From positions 400,024,001 to 400,088,000 of the forward strand of contig NC_067399.1 in NCBI RefSeq assembly GCF_016432865.1: 64,000 nucleotides of DNA, written 5' to 3'. This DNA is from Antechinus flavipes (Eukaryota). How positions within the stretch are numbered: the first letter of the stretch is position 1; each line of letters opens with the position of its first letter. Below the pieces are notes generated by a model. That model was given only the letters and a program-made list of their open reading frames with translations, made no database searches and was not told the origin of the DNA. Made by a program: the position numbers and the translations under genes. Below are positions 24,861 to 37,075 of the stretch, piece by piece.

Positions 24861-26869
24861 AAATTCAATAGCTCTACATTGAGATCCCTATTCTAGTAGG
24901 TTTTGTGGTTAGGGTTCAAGAAGGCCTTAGGCTAGGAAATGACTATAGCCTAGCCTGCTCTAATAAAACCAAGAGTCTCCTGGAATAGAAGAAGTCAGCT
25001 CCAACTCCATATGCACTTGTCTCAGAAGCACATACTGATACTTATGAAATGTTAAAATTATGGAATATTTTTTCCCATAGTGGGTATTCTGTATTCCTTT
25101 TATATTGATCCAGAATTTTCTTTCTTAAAAAATCTTCCGTGGTTTCTTTATATATCATTTATAGAATAAAACTTGATTTCCTTAGCCAAGCATTCTAGGC
25201 CTTCAACAGTCTGTCATCACCCTATGTTTCTGCTCATCTCTTCTTTCTCCTTCCTGAATATTCTAGTTCAATTCAATTGGATCTCACTTCCTCTATTTAT
25301 AAAATGAGGGGGATGGAATAGGTGATCTTTTAAGGTTTTTTCCACCTCCTAATCTTATCCTATAGGTTATTCTGTGATTCCAAACATAGCCTGAACTTTT
25401 ATAGGAGCTTGGGTCTAATGCTGGAAGGAATATCTAAGGCTATCCAGTCCAACGTTCTTATTTTACAGATGAGAAAACAAGGCCAGGGAAATGAAGTGAT
25501 TTGAAAGGCACAGAGGGTGTCAGACTCAGAGATTTGAACCCAGGTCCCCCTTTTTTTTCCACAGCTAATTCTCTTTCCACTACACCAGATGGTTTCCTCT
25601 TCCTGCCTCTATAGTTTTGCTCAGACTGTTTCCTCAACAAAAGCATATTCATCATGCATTTATTAAGTGTTTACTATGTGCAAAACATATCCTGCCTTGC
25701 TTCCTGCTCTGTTTTCCTTTTGGCTGTGCTTCAAATATTGTAGATTCTAACACCAGACCTTAGCTTCAGTCTTATCTTGAAAACTCTCTGAGATCCTGGG
25801 GCCTCCTCACCCTGGAATATTCATGCATCTATTTGGTCCCCTCATCCTGGAATGTCCCTCTGCTATGCTGGCACCCTCCTCTCATTGATGATTTCTTCCT
25901 GGTTCTTACATTTTGGGGAAGGATCCAGGTTTCTGACATTCTTCTCGTCAATACCATACCTTAGCTATAGTCTCACTTTGCAAACTCCCTTAGCACCTTG
26001 GACTGCCTCACCCTGGTGCATCCCTCTATCTTACGGATTTCCTTATTCTATTGATGAGTTCTTCCTAGTATTTCCATTCTGGGGAAGATTCCAAGCCAGC
26101 CAAACTTTATTCTCCTATTGGCTGTGCTTCCGACTTTCAAGATTTCCACACTATGTTACCAAGTGTATTAATCTCTCCCCTCCCCCTTTTTCCTTTTTTC
26201 TCTTCCCTTTGTGTATTGTCTGCTCCCATTACAATATGATCTTGAGGGTAGGGGCTGTTTTTCTTTTTGTTTGTATTTATATCCCCAGCACTTAATTCAG
26301 CGAGTAGCACAAAGTATTTAAAAAATTCTTCTTGCCTGCTTGCCTAGTCCTAAACTGTAAAAGCCATGAGAACAGGAAGTGAGTTTTATCAAAATTTATT
26401 ATCATTCCCAGCATCCAGCATAATGGTTTGCATACGGATGGTGTTTAATTTTTGTGGAGTGGAATTATCCATAAGAGTAGTGGTTATCTATCCATTACTC
26501 CCCACAATAGTTGAACTTTTTAATTGTAATGAGTGATCTATATTGGCTGAATCTTTTTTGGTCTTTTGTCCCAAACAGCTGACCCCATGGAAGGGAAGCA
26601 TTCCAGACCCATGGAATCATTCCCTGTCTGCCCACAGAAATATGCTTCAGAAAGCCTGCGCTGGAGGCCTTGGGAACTAGATAGTGGTTCTAGGAGTCAA
26701 TGTCCTCCTCCTTCAGAAAGGAATTCTATGAGGCCCCATCATCTTGTTGGATCCAAGACTCATTGGGCTTATCAGGAAGCCTCAATTCTCAGGATACAGA
26801 AAGTAAACACATTTTAGTCGCTTGTATTTTCCCAAAAGGGGGATTATATAGTTACCTCCATTTAAAAAA

Positions 26870-27260
26870 ACAAATTTATTCTTTATTTTTAGCATTAAAA
26901 AAATTTTTTTTTGAGATCCAAATTTTCTCTCTTTCCCATCTCTCCACTACTCACTGAGAAGGCAAGCACAATATCAATTATATACAGTATGTAAAATCAT
27001 GTAAAACATATTTCCACACTAGCCATATCATTAAAAAAGGAAAAAAATGAGAAAATTATACTTTACTTTGCACTTAAGAGTTCATCAGTTCTCTCTCTGG
27101 GTGGGGAAAGCATTTCTTCCTCATGAATGTTTTGAAATTGTCTTAGATCACTGTATTGATCAGAGTAGCTAAGTGTTTCTTTCACAATTGATCATTACAA
27201 CATTCTTACTGTACACAATGATCTCCTGGTTTTTCTCATTTTACTCTGCATGAGTTTGTT
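26870..27260 (-). mobile_element. L1 3' fragment
   Basis: 'gagttcatcagttctctctctggg...gtcttagatcactgtattgatcagagtagctaag' resembles an inverted marsupial L1 3' end. Confidence 0.75.
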
Positions 27261-27460
27261 AAGTCCAAGCTAGTTCCCTGGAGGCCTCAGGATCAGCCAG
27301 AGTCAGGATAAGTAAAAGTTTTTGTTCTTTAAAGGGAGAGGCAAGCAAACTGTCAGGAGTTTTGCCAAAGATCTCTCCTCAGTTTTGGATCCAGAATCTC
27401 CAGCTTTCTCCTCATTCTGCCTCCAAGTGACTCTGGCCTGTCTCACCCCACCCTCTAATC

Positions 27461-27651
27461 CAGGGGTCCTCAAACTATGGCCCTCGGACCAGATGTGGCA
27501 GCTGAGGACAATTATCCCCCTCACCCAGGGCTATGAAGTTTCTTTATTTAAAGGCCCACAAAACAAATTTTTGTTTTTACTATAGTTGGGCCCTCCAACA
27601 GTCTGAGGGACAGTGAACTGGCCGCCTGTTTAAAAAGTTTGAGGACCCTTG
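27461..27651 (+). mobile_element. OC1/OposCharlie1-type hAT MITE, complete, with 16-bp TIRs and perfect 8-bp TSD
   Basis: TSD CTCTAATC at 27453-27460 and 27652-27659. TIR CAGGGGTCCTCAAACT vs AGTTTGAGGACCCTTG (15/16). Length 191 bp. Confidence 0.93.
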
Positions 27652-27859
27652 CTCTAATCCTTGCCTACCATTATCTTAACACCAAACATTGAGCCAGCAC
27701 CAATGGTGAGAAGAGCCATTTATCCAAACATATGCTAATAGAGTCATTGTCTCACATCAAATAGGTAATTAGCCTATCAGTTGTCTGATTCAGGCACACC
27801 TTTTCATAGTTTTAGCCTTTTACATGAGTTCACATATGTTTTGTCTTTTTCCCCCTGAA

Positions 27860-28330
27860 ACCACTCCCTCATCATTTCTTATAGTACAATAGTATTCTAT
27901 CACAATCATATGCCGCAATCATTCCCCAAATGATGATCATCCCCTCCATTTCTAATTCTTTGCCACCAGAAAAATTGCTAATATAGTTTTGTACATGTGT
28001 GCTTTCCCTTTGATCTCTTTGGGATACAGATTTAGTAGCAGTCAAATGGTGCATATACACTCTTTGGGCATAATTGCAAATTGTACTCCAGAATGGACTA
28101 GTTCACAACTGAATCCGTTGATTATTGTGCCTATTTTCCCTCATCTTCTCCAGCATTTGTCATTTTTGATAGGTGTGAGATGTTATCTCAGAGATGTTTT
28201 AATTTGCATTTCTCCAATAAACAATGATGTTGTGCATTTTTTCATATGATTATAGATAGCTTTCATTTCTTCTTCTGAACATTGCCTATTCATATCTTTG
28301 ACCATTTATCAATTGGAGAATTGCTCTTAT
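27860..28330 (-). mobile_element. L1 ORF2 3' fragment
   Basis: 'ctccagaatgg...gttttaatttgcatttctc...catatctttgaccatttatcaattggagaa'. Confidence 0.8.
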
Positions 28331-28419
28331 TTTTATAAATTTGCTTCACTTCCCTATATATTTGAGAAAAGAGACTTTTATCAGAGAAACTTGCTTTAAC
28401 ATGTTTTATATTACTTCAT

Positions 28420-31400
28420 TGTCTATGGAACCTTTTGGCAAAATGTTTATCTTTTTAATTTGGTCTCCTTTTGTTTTTTCTTTGTCTGTAATCATTATTG
28501 CTACCCCTGCCTTTTTGACTTCTGTTGAATGAAGCATAATAGTTTCTGCTTAAGACCTTTAGTTTAACTCTGTGTATGAAATATATCTCTTATAAACAAA
28601 AATATTGTTGGATTCTAGTTTCTAATTCATTCTGCTGTCTGCTTCCACTTTATGGTTGAGCTCATGTCACTCACATTCATAGTTATTACTCTATTTCCCT
28701 TCATCTTTTTTTCTTCTGTTTACCTTCCCTTTCTTTTTTATTCTGTCCCTTTTCAAGAGAAGTCCTATTTTGCTTCTTCTTACCACTATCTCCCTTAATC
28801 TGCCCCCATTTTTTGTTCCCTATTGGTTAAAATAGATTTCTATAGCCAACTAAGTATCGTGTGGGGTGGGTGCTAGACCCCCTTTCCCAAATTAACTAAT
28901 CAGAGACATCTTCAGGTACAAAAAGAAAGCATTTATAGCCCCTGAAGGGAGAAGCCCAGACACAGGTGGGAGCCATCCTAACTCCGCTATGTGCTCCTCG
29001 AACCCAGACAACATCCGGCTTGTCCAGGATTTAAAAGCAAAAGATTCGAGCCTTCTCATTGGATAGACTAAAAGGACGTAACCATACTTGACCAATGATC
29101 ACCAATGTTGGCTGCCTCCCACAGGTCATGTCACTTCCTGCAACTTCACTAACTTCCTGTATTCCACGGTTCAAAGTTCATCCCTCGAGAGATCATATGA
29201 CCCTCCCCAGAGTCCCAGCTCTGACAGGGATCATGTGACTCAATGATGAGAAACTCTTCATCCAATCAGTTCCATTCAGTATGTATATATAGTCTTTCTT
29301 TTTTCAACGAATTCCAGTGAGAGTTAGGTTCAAGCATTGCTACCCCTGCCTTTTTGACTTCTGTTGAATGAAGCATAATAGTTTCTGCTTAAGACCTTTA
29401 GTTTAACTCTGTGTATGGAATATATCTCTTATCAACAAAAATACTGTTGGATTCTGGTTTCTAATCCATTCTGCCATCTGCTTCCCACTTCATTACAAAA
29501 ACTCCTCTTTGTGCACCTCTTTTATGTGAAATAATTTCCCCTTATACTTCTCCCTTCTTCATCCCTCTCAGTGCATCTCTCTTTCTTTCTGCTTCATTTT
29601 TAAAAAAAGATCATCCTAAACTAACTGACTCACACCCATGCGGAGACTCCTTTTAACTGTCCTTATAACGATAAAAATTATAAGAGTTACATTTACCATC
29701 TTCCCATGTAGGAATGTAAACAATTTACCTTATTGATTCCTTATGATTTCTCTTTCATATTTTTCTTTTTTTCTTTTGAGTTTTCTATTTGAATGTCAAA
29801 TTGTCTATTCAGCTCTGGTCTTTTCATAAAGAATACTTGAAAGTTCTCTATTTCGTTAAATGTCTATTCTCCCCGGTCCCGTCACCCCCCTTCCTTCCCC
29901 CCCGCCCCAGCCCTCCCGCCAAGGATTATACTCATTTTTCTTGGATAAATTATTCTTGATTACAGTCCTAGCTTCTTTGCCTTCCAGAATGCCCTCTATT
30001 TCTTTAATGTGGAAGCTGTTAAGTTTTGTGTGATCCTGACTGTGACTCCATGATATTTGAATGGTTTCCCTGGCTGCTTACAATACAATATTTTCTCCTT
30101 GATCTGAGAGCTCTAGAATTTGTCTGTAATATTGCTGGAAATTTTAATTTTGGGATCTCTTTCAAGAGGTGATGTCTTTCAATTTCTAGTTTAACTTCTG
30201 GAGCTGAGTCTCCTTTATAATTTTTAAAAATATACTGTCTAGGCTATTTTTTTAAAATTATGGCTTTCAGGTAGTTTAGGAATTCTTACATTATCTCTCC
30301 TTGATCTGTTTTCCAGATTGGTTATTTTTCTGGTGAGATATTTAACATTTTCTTCTGTTTTTGTGTTCTTTTTATTTTGATGATGTTTTGTGGACTCACT
30401 AGTTTTAATTCTATTTTTAAAGCATTATTTTCTTTGATGAATTTTTGTACCTTCTTTCCATTTGACCATTTTTGTTTTTTAAGGAGTTCTTTACTAAATC
30501 ATTGTTTGTCTTTTAAGGTTAGGTAAAAATTTTTTTAAAGATACTATTTTCTTTGGTATTTCTTTGTGCCTCTTTTATCAATTTATCAAATTATTTTTTC
30601 ATAATTTTCTTAATTACTCTTCTTTTCCCACTTTTTACTCTATCACTCTCAACTCTTTAATTCTTCAGATATTTTTATTGGACTTGGATCCAATTAACAT
30701 TTTTCTTTTGTGGTTTTGGTTATAGTTGTTTTCATACTATTGTCTTCTTCTGAGTTTATATCTTGGTCTTCCCTGCCTCCTCTATGGTAGTTTTTTATAA
30801 TCAAGTTCTTTTTGTTGTTGTTTGCTCATGTTTTCCAACCTATTTTCTTTATTTGAACTTTACATTCAAGCTAAACTCTGCTCAATTTTGGGTGGGGAGG
30901 TGCTGTTCCAGACTTTTATTCATTTTTTTTCCCAGAGCTTGTTCTAGGGGTCTGAAGTCTTGGTGCTTCCAAGGTGTTATGAGCTGAAAGATATGGTCAT
31001 TGTTCCTATAGTCCACCCTTTGATTTTTCCTAGGAAAAGCCCCTACTCCCCTGGAGCAGCAAGTGACAGTGTTCCTCTTGATTCTGGAACTGTGACCTGG
31101 TCTTCTACTTTTCTGGAGTTACAAGTACCAAGGCTTCTCTTTACCTTGGAATTGCAACCCAGAACTGCTCATGGGCAATAATTGCCAATCAGCACCAGCT
31201 ATACTCAATGCTAGCAAAAGGTTCCCTGAAATCTCTGATTTATTGCCCAATCCCACTACTAGCTCTGGGCTGAGAGCTCCAGAAGCTGCTGCTGTTATTG
31301 CTGTTGTGTCACAAACACCTGTAAAGCATTGGAGCCACTGCTCTTGGGCTCCAAGCTGGCTTTCATCATTTCAAGCTGAGGTCACAGAATTCTCCTGCTG

Positions 31401-31520
31401 ATCTCTTAAGTTGTCTTAGATTGGAATAAAGTCTCACTCTGACTTTTCATTAATTCTGCTGCTCCAAAATTTGACTTGAGGCATTATTTTAAAGTTGTTT
31501 GGAAAGAAATGTTGGGCAAG
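28420..31520 (-). mobile_element. Old L1 5' half (5'UTR/ORF1/inter-ORF/ORF2 start), interrupted by an LTR and a local duplication
   Basis: 'ttctatttgaatgtcaaattgtctattcagctctggtcttttcat', 'ctgctccaaaatttgacttgaggcattattttaaagttgtttgga' resemble the inverted marsupial L1 5' region. Confidence 0.75.
28860..29278 (-). mobile_element. Solo LTR (419 bp) inserted into L1
   Basis: TG...CA termini (tgtggggtgg...ccattca); flanks gtatcg and gtatgt as a partial TSD; CpG-richer than the host L1; CCAAT/ATTGG boxes. Confidence 0.8.
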
Positions 31521-32860
31521 TTCAGCCCCTGTACTCTGCTACCTTGACTCCATCCCTCAATCCCTCCATTCTTTATCCTTCTCTTAGTGGAAAATTGCTG
31601 TTTCTGGCTGGGAGTCAGTCTCATCTTCATAAAGCCAGAAAGTTTTGTGCTTTCTCCCTTTTTCTTTTCTTGCAGACCCTCATCATCCTTTTTCTTGGAG
31701 TCCTGCGCCAAGATGGTTGAATCCAAGCATTCCTTCTTCCTTCCCTTCTGCCTCATTTAACATATGGGTCTGGTATGGCATTATCTTAATTTGCATTCAT
31801 TCCCCACATCCCTGGCTCTGGGTTCTGCTCACCATCCAGGATTCAGCCCGTTAGAACTAAACATGTTTTCACAAAGAACAGATTCCTTTCAGTTTAAGCT
31901 CATTCTTTACTGGGAGTTATGCAATAGCTGCTGGAGAAGCAGGATGGGCTTTGAAAAAGTGTCATCATTGTGTAATTGTCATTAATGTCATTGACTTTGA
32001 TGCAGACAGGGTTTTCTTCCCTTTGTGTTACTTGTACATTTGCACACAGAGTACTCTAGTCTGAAAAAGGGGGAGAACCAGGTTTTCCATTATCTCTTAG
32101 GGATAACTCTGGATAGTTGAGACATTATGTCTGGGTCATCCATGGTACAGAAATGGGGAATGAGTTCAAGAAATGATAACCTTGAGCAGTAACCACAAAA
32201 CCCATTTTATTTTGGAAACTTCCTGAGAACAGACTGTCTTTGAAGGAATATGTAAATTGCATGCAAATAACACAAAAAAACACATTTGTGGTCCTCCTGT
32301 TTCATACATAGGAGCATCCCAGTGGAGATCCAAATTTCTGAAGTAGGAAGTTTTGTGTCCCCATGCCAAGGAATAGTTCCAGATGGAAAAAGGGGGCCCA
32401 TTATTAGAACAGGAAGAGTCTGCTTAGTTGCTCTTTCAGTTAAGGAGACTACTAGCATAATAGAAAATAGTATAGCAGTGTGACATAATAGATAGACAAC
32501 CTTAAAGTTAGGAAGACCTGGATCTGAGTACCTTCTCTAATACTCATCGGTTGTATGACCAGGCATAAAGCACCTATCCTCCTAATGTCCCAGATCATAA
32601 GTTGTCCAAATATACTTACTTATATACCTCAGTAGAATTTTTCTCATGGGGAGTTTCTTGCATCAGTCAATTCATAGAGTTTATCCCTAAAATAGAGACT
32701 AGGAACCAGAAGTATTGTGTTCTATAGTCCTAGCTTTGTCACCAATTTGCTTTGTGACACTCTCTGAGTCTTACTTTCCTAATTTGTCAAATGAAGAAGC
32801 TATACTGGCTGATTTCTAAGTTTCCTGTTAATTCCAAATTTCTATGTGTCAGTTAACTGC

Positions 32861-32945
32861 TTCTTGTTCTTGTTCTTGTTCTTGTTCTTGTTCTCTTTCT
32901 TCTTCTCCTCCTCTTTTTCTTTCTCCTCTTCTTCCTCTTCCTTTC
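32861..32945 (+). repeat. (TTCTTG)5 followed by a (TCT/CCT)-rich tract
   Basis: Directly visible. Confidence 0.95.
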
Positions 32946-33364
32946 ACCTCCTCACAGGACTCACAAAAAAGAATTATGGCAAAATTGGGTTGCTTCTTAA
33001 TCTTTTGGATAGTTCCTCTATCGGCTGGCAGGGCAGGTAATAGTAGGTGAAGAGGAGGGGAGCAACTGAAGGAGCAAGTATAATTAAGTGAGGAGGGTAT
33101 AAGCAGAAATAAGTGAGAAGTAACGTATTTATATGTGATAACTACTAGGGAACCTAGAGTTCAGGGTCAAGACATATCTAACAAATAACAACAGATAGCA
33201 TTTACATAGTATTTTAAGGTTTTCAGAGTCCTTTATAATGACTATCTCACCTAATCCTTACAACAGTTCTGAGAAGCAGGTGGTATTACTATAATTACTT
33301 TAAAGAAGAATCAACCAAGTCAGAGATTAAGTGACTTTCCCGGTTTGGACTCAGATCTTTATTC

Positions 33365-33590
33365 TGAGCAGCTAAGTGGTATAGTAGATAGAGTACTGTG
33401 CTATAGGGTCAGGGAGACCCAGATGCTTATTATAGGCTGTGTGACTCAGGGCAAGTCACTGATCCCTGTTTGTCTCAGTTTCTTCATCTGTAAAATAAGC
33501 TGAAGAAGGAAATGGCAAGCCCCTCCAGTATCTCTGGCAAGAAAATCCCAAATGGGTTCAAGAAGAGATGGATATGATTGGACAACAGCT
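33365..33590 (+). mobile_element. MAR1-type SINE
   Basis: 'gagcagctaagtggtatagtagatagag...gaaggaaatggcaagcccctccagtatctctggcaagaaaatcccaaatggg'. Confidence 0.85.
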
Positions 33591-34181
33591 TCTTGATTCC
33601 AGATCTCATGCTTTGTCTACCATATCACATAGCGAACAATGTAAATCCACAGCTGGAAGGCATCTAAGAAGTCACACATTCTAGCTCACCCAATATCACC
33701 CAAAGAACAAGTGCAGAGAAACCCTATTGCTCTGACTTCAGAAACAGAGCTATTTCCAGTATACCATACTGTATGCAGACTGCTCCCCCAAAGTAGATAT
33801 TGCCATTATGATCTGAGTTGTTTTCTAAAGATTTCTTTTTCTCATTGTAGCTTTCCTCCCTTTTCACGTTGATCTTGCCATCTATTTTTTGCCATTTAAA
33901 GCATTCACTTCTGGCTTATGACAGATGAATGACTAGAACCAGAGGGAATAGCAGTCTGCTGGTCCCAATTTCCTGGACTTATATAGAATGTAGTGTCCTT
34001 GAGGATTATGTATTATGACTATTAAATAATTTCATTAAGTCCATTTAAAGTTGAATTAAAAGTACCTTTTTGCAAGCTGGACATCATTTGTGCAAAGTCA
34101 GGGACTGTTTTTTTTTTTTTAAGGCATGTTATAAAGTTGGATCTCTTCAGTTAAAATTAAGTTCCTTCAGAGCTACAATGG

Positions 34182-34437
34182 CAACTAGGTGGCGCTGTAG
34201 TGGATCGAGTGCTAGACCTAAAGTCAGAAAGACTGATTTTCCTGAGTTCAAATCTGACCTCAGACATTTACTAGCCATGTGACCCTGGACAAGTCATGTA
34301 ACCCTGTTTACCTCAGTTTACTCATCTGTAAAATGAACTAGAGAAGGACACGGCACTCAGTATCTTTGCCAAGAAAACCCCAAATGGCACCATAAAGAAT
34401 CAGATACAACTGAAATGATTCAACAATAACAACAACC
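34182..34437 (+). mobile_element. MAR1-type SINE, near full length, (CAA)n tail
   Basis: 'gcaactaggtggcgctgtagtggatcgagtgctagacc...ctttgccaagaaaaccccaaatgg...caacaataacaacaac'. Confidence 0.9.
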
Positions 34438-35009
34438 ATCATCTCAACCATAAAATAGCCATAAAGCCTGGACTCAAGTTAACTGTTTTTAATGAAAGGC
34501 AGAATTATGATCAAATTAAAGGGACCTAAAGCTGAACTTTATTCTTATCATCAATGGTGACATAGAAAGAGCTAAGAAATTGAGGGTTCAAAAGTTACCT
34601 GGGATTCATTTCTGCAGCATTTGTTGTGTGATCTTGGTCAAATAACTTCTATTTTCTGAGGTTCCATTTCCTCATCTATAAAATAATAATTTATATTAAC
34701 ATTTGGGGACAGTTAGTTGATGCCACAGATAGTGTTAGATTTGGAGTGAGAAAGACACTGAGTTTGAATCATTCCTTAAAATCTTGTTAGCTGTGTAATT
34801 CTGGAAAATCTCTTAAACTTTTCTCAGGCTCAGTTTCTTCATTTGTAAAGTGGGGGTAATAATAGCATCTATATCTCAGAATTAATGTGAGGATTAAGTG
34901 AGAAAACATATATAAAGTACTTTACAAACTATAAAGTGCTGTATAAATGCTAGTTATCATCATTATTTGTCACTTTCAGGTTTGTAAAAGTCTTCAAATA
35001 CATTTCCTT

Positions 35010-36331
35010 TTTTATTAAATTATCTGAATTAGTTTTTTTTCATCTTTTATTTATTTATTTATTTTTATTTTTTATTATTAAAGCTTTTTATTTACAAAGC
35101 ATATGCATAGGTAGTATATATGTGTGTGTGAGTGTATACACACACATATGTATATAGTTATCTTGTTGCACAAGAAAAATCAGATCAAGAAGGATAAAAA
35201 AGAAAAACTGAGAAAGAAAACAAAATGCAAGCATATAACAACAGAGAGAGTGGAATACTATGTTGTGTTCCACACTCTATTCCCATGGTTCTTTCTCTGG
35301 GTATAGTTGCACAAGTGGAACTGGTTTGAATGATCTCAATGTTGAAGAGAGTCATGTCCATCAGACTTGATCATTATATAGTCTTGTTGTTGCTGTGTAT
35401 AATGATCTCCTGGTTCTTCTCATTTCATTTAGCATCAATTCATGTAGGTCTCTCCAAGCCTCTCTGAAATCATCCTGCTGGTCGTTTTTTACAGAACAAT
35501 AGTATTCCATAGCATTCATATACCATAATTTATTCAGCCATTCTCCAACTAATGAACATCCATTCAGTTTCTAGTTTCTTGCCACTACAAAGATGGCTGC
35601 CACAAACATTTTTGCACATGTGGGTCCCTTTCCCTCCTTTAAGATCTCTTTAGGATATAATCCCAGTAGAAACGTGCTGGATCAAAGGGTATGCACAGTT
35701 TGGTAACTTTTTGAGCATAGTTCCAAACTGTTCTCCAGAATAGTTGGATGCATTCATAATTCCACTAATGATGTTTCAGTGTCCCAGTTTTCCCACATCC
35801 CCTCCAACATTCATCATTATTTTTTCCTGTCATCTTAGCCAATCTGACAGGTATGTAGTAGTATCTCAGAGTTGTCTTAATTTGCATTTCTCTGATGAAT
35901 AGTGATTTGGAGCATATGACTAGGAATAATTTCAATTTCTTCACCTAAAAATTGTCTGTTCATATTCTTTGACCATTTATCAATTGGAGAATGGCTTGAA
36001 TTATTATAAATTTGAGTAATTCTCTATTTTAGAAGTGAGGCCTTTATCAGATCCTTTGGATATAAAAGTGTTTTCCCAGCTTATTGCTTCCTTTCTAATC
36101 TTGTCGGCATTAGTTTTGTTTGTACAAAAACTTTTTAACTTAATATAATCAAAATTATCTATTCTGTGATCAGTAATGATCTCTAGTTCTTCTTTGGTCA
36201 CAAATTGCTTCCTCCTCCACAGATCTGAAAGGTAAACTATCCTGTGTTCTTCTAATTTGTTTATAGTATCATTCTTTATGTCTAGATCATGAACCCATTC
36301 AGACCTTATCTTGGTATAAGGTGTTAGGTGT
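35010..36331 (-). mobile_element. 5'-truncated L1 (about 1.3 kb) with 14-bp TSD (1 mismatch)
   Basis: AAATACATTTCCTT (34996-35009) and AAATACATTTTCTT (36332-36345). ORF 36004-36339 (YLHLTPYTKIRSEWVHDLDIK) is an L1 ORF2p remnant. Confidence 0.92.
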
Positions 36332-36884
36332 AAATACATTTTCTTATTGGAGCCTCATACCAACCCTGTGAATAGAGCAACAGGTGATATTATCCCTTTT
36401 TTACAGATGGAGAAATTGAGGCTCAGTGAAATCATATGATTTGCCCATGACCACATACTTACTTACTTAGTTCTTCTAACTCCCATCCTATTTTCCTTAT
36501 ACTGCTTTATGTATAATTAGGCCTTAAGCTCTGATAATTTCAGCTCTTTAATGTCCTCTGCCTGTATCCTGCTTAAACCTTCAGAACTGAATTAGTTCTT
36601 GCAATAACCTTTTAAATGCTCTCTTTGCCTCCAGTCCATTGCTATTCCTCTCCAATCCCACTAAAACCCATTCTATACAAGCTGCCTTGTCAATCTTAGA
36701 ATTCTCTGATCAAAGAATTAAGAACTGGAAGGGACTTAGGAAGTCTAGACCAACTGACATTTTTCTGATGACAAAAACTGAGTGCTAATGAGATAGGATG
36801 ATTTGTCCAAGATTACAATTAACATCAGGGCTAATATTTGAACATATACTACCTGACTTCATAAGCTGTGATCTTTCTAGTATA

Positions 36885-37075
36885 TTGAGGCAGGTAGACA
36901 GCACAATAGATAGAATTCTGGGACTGGGGTCCAGAAGACCAGAGTTCAAATTCAGCCTGACACTAGCTGTGAGACCCTGGACGAGTCACTTAACCCTGTT
37001 TGCCTCAGTATTGTCATATGTAAAATGATCTGGAGAAGGAAATGGCAAATCACTCCCAGCATTTTTGCCAAGATT
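36885..37075 (+). mobile_element. MAR1-type SINE
   Basis: 'ggcaggtagacagcacaatagatagaattctggg...ctggagaaggaaatggcaaatcactcc'. Confidence 0.8.

Noticed and set aside
34182-34260. tRNA-like A/B-box sequences
   Set aside because: These are heads of tRNA-derived MAR1/WSINE/MIR SINEs, not tRNA genes.
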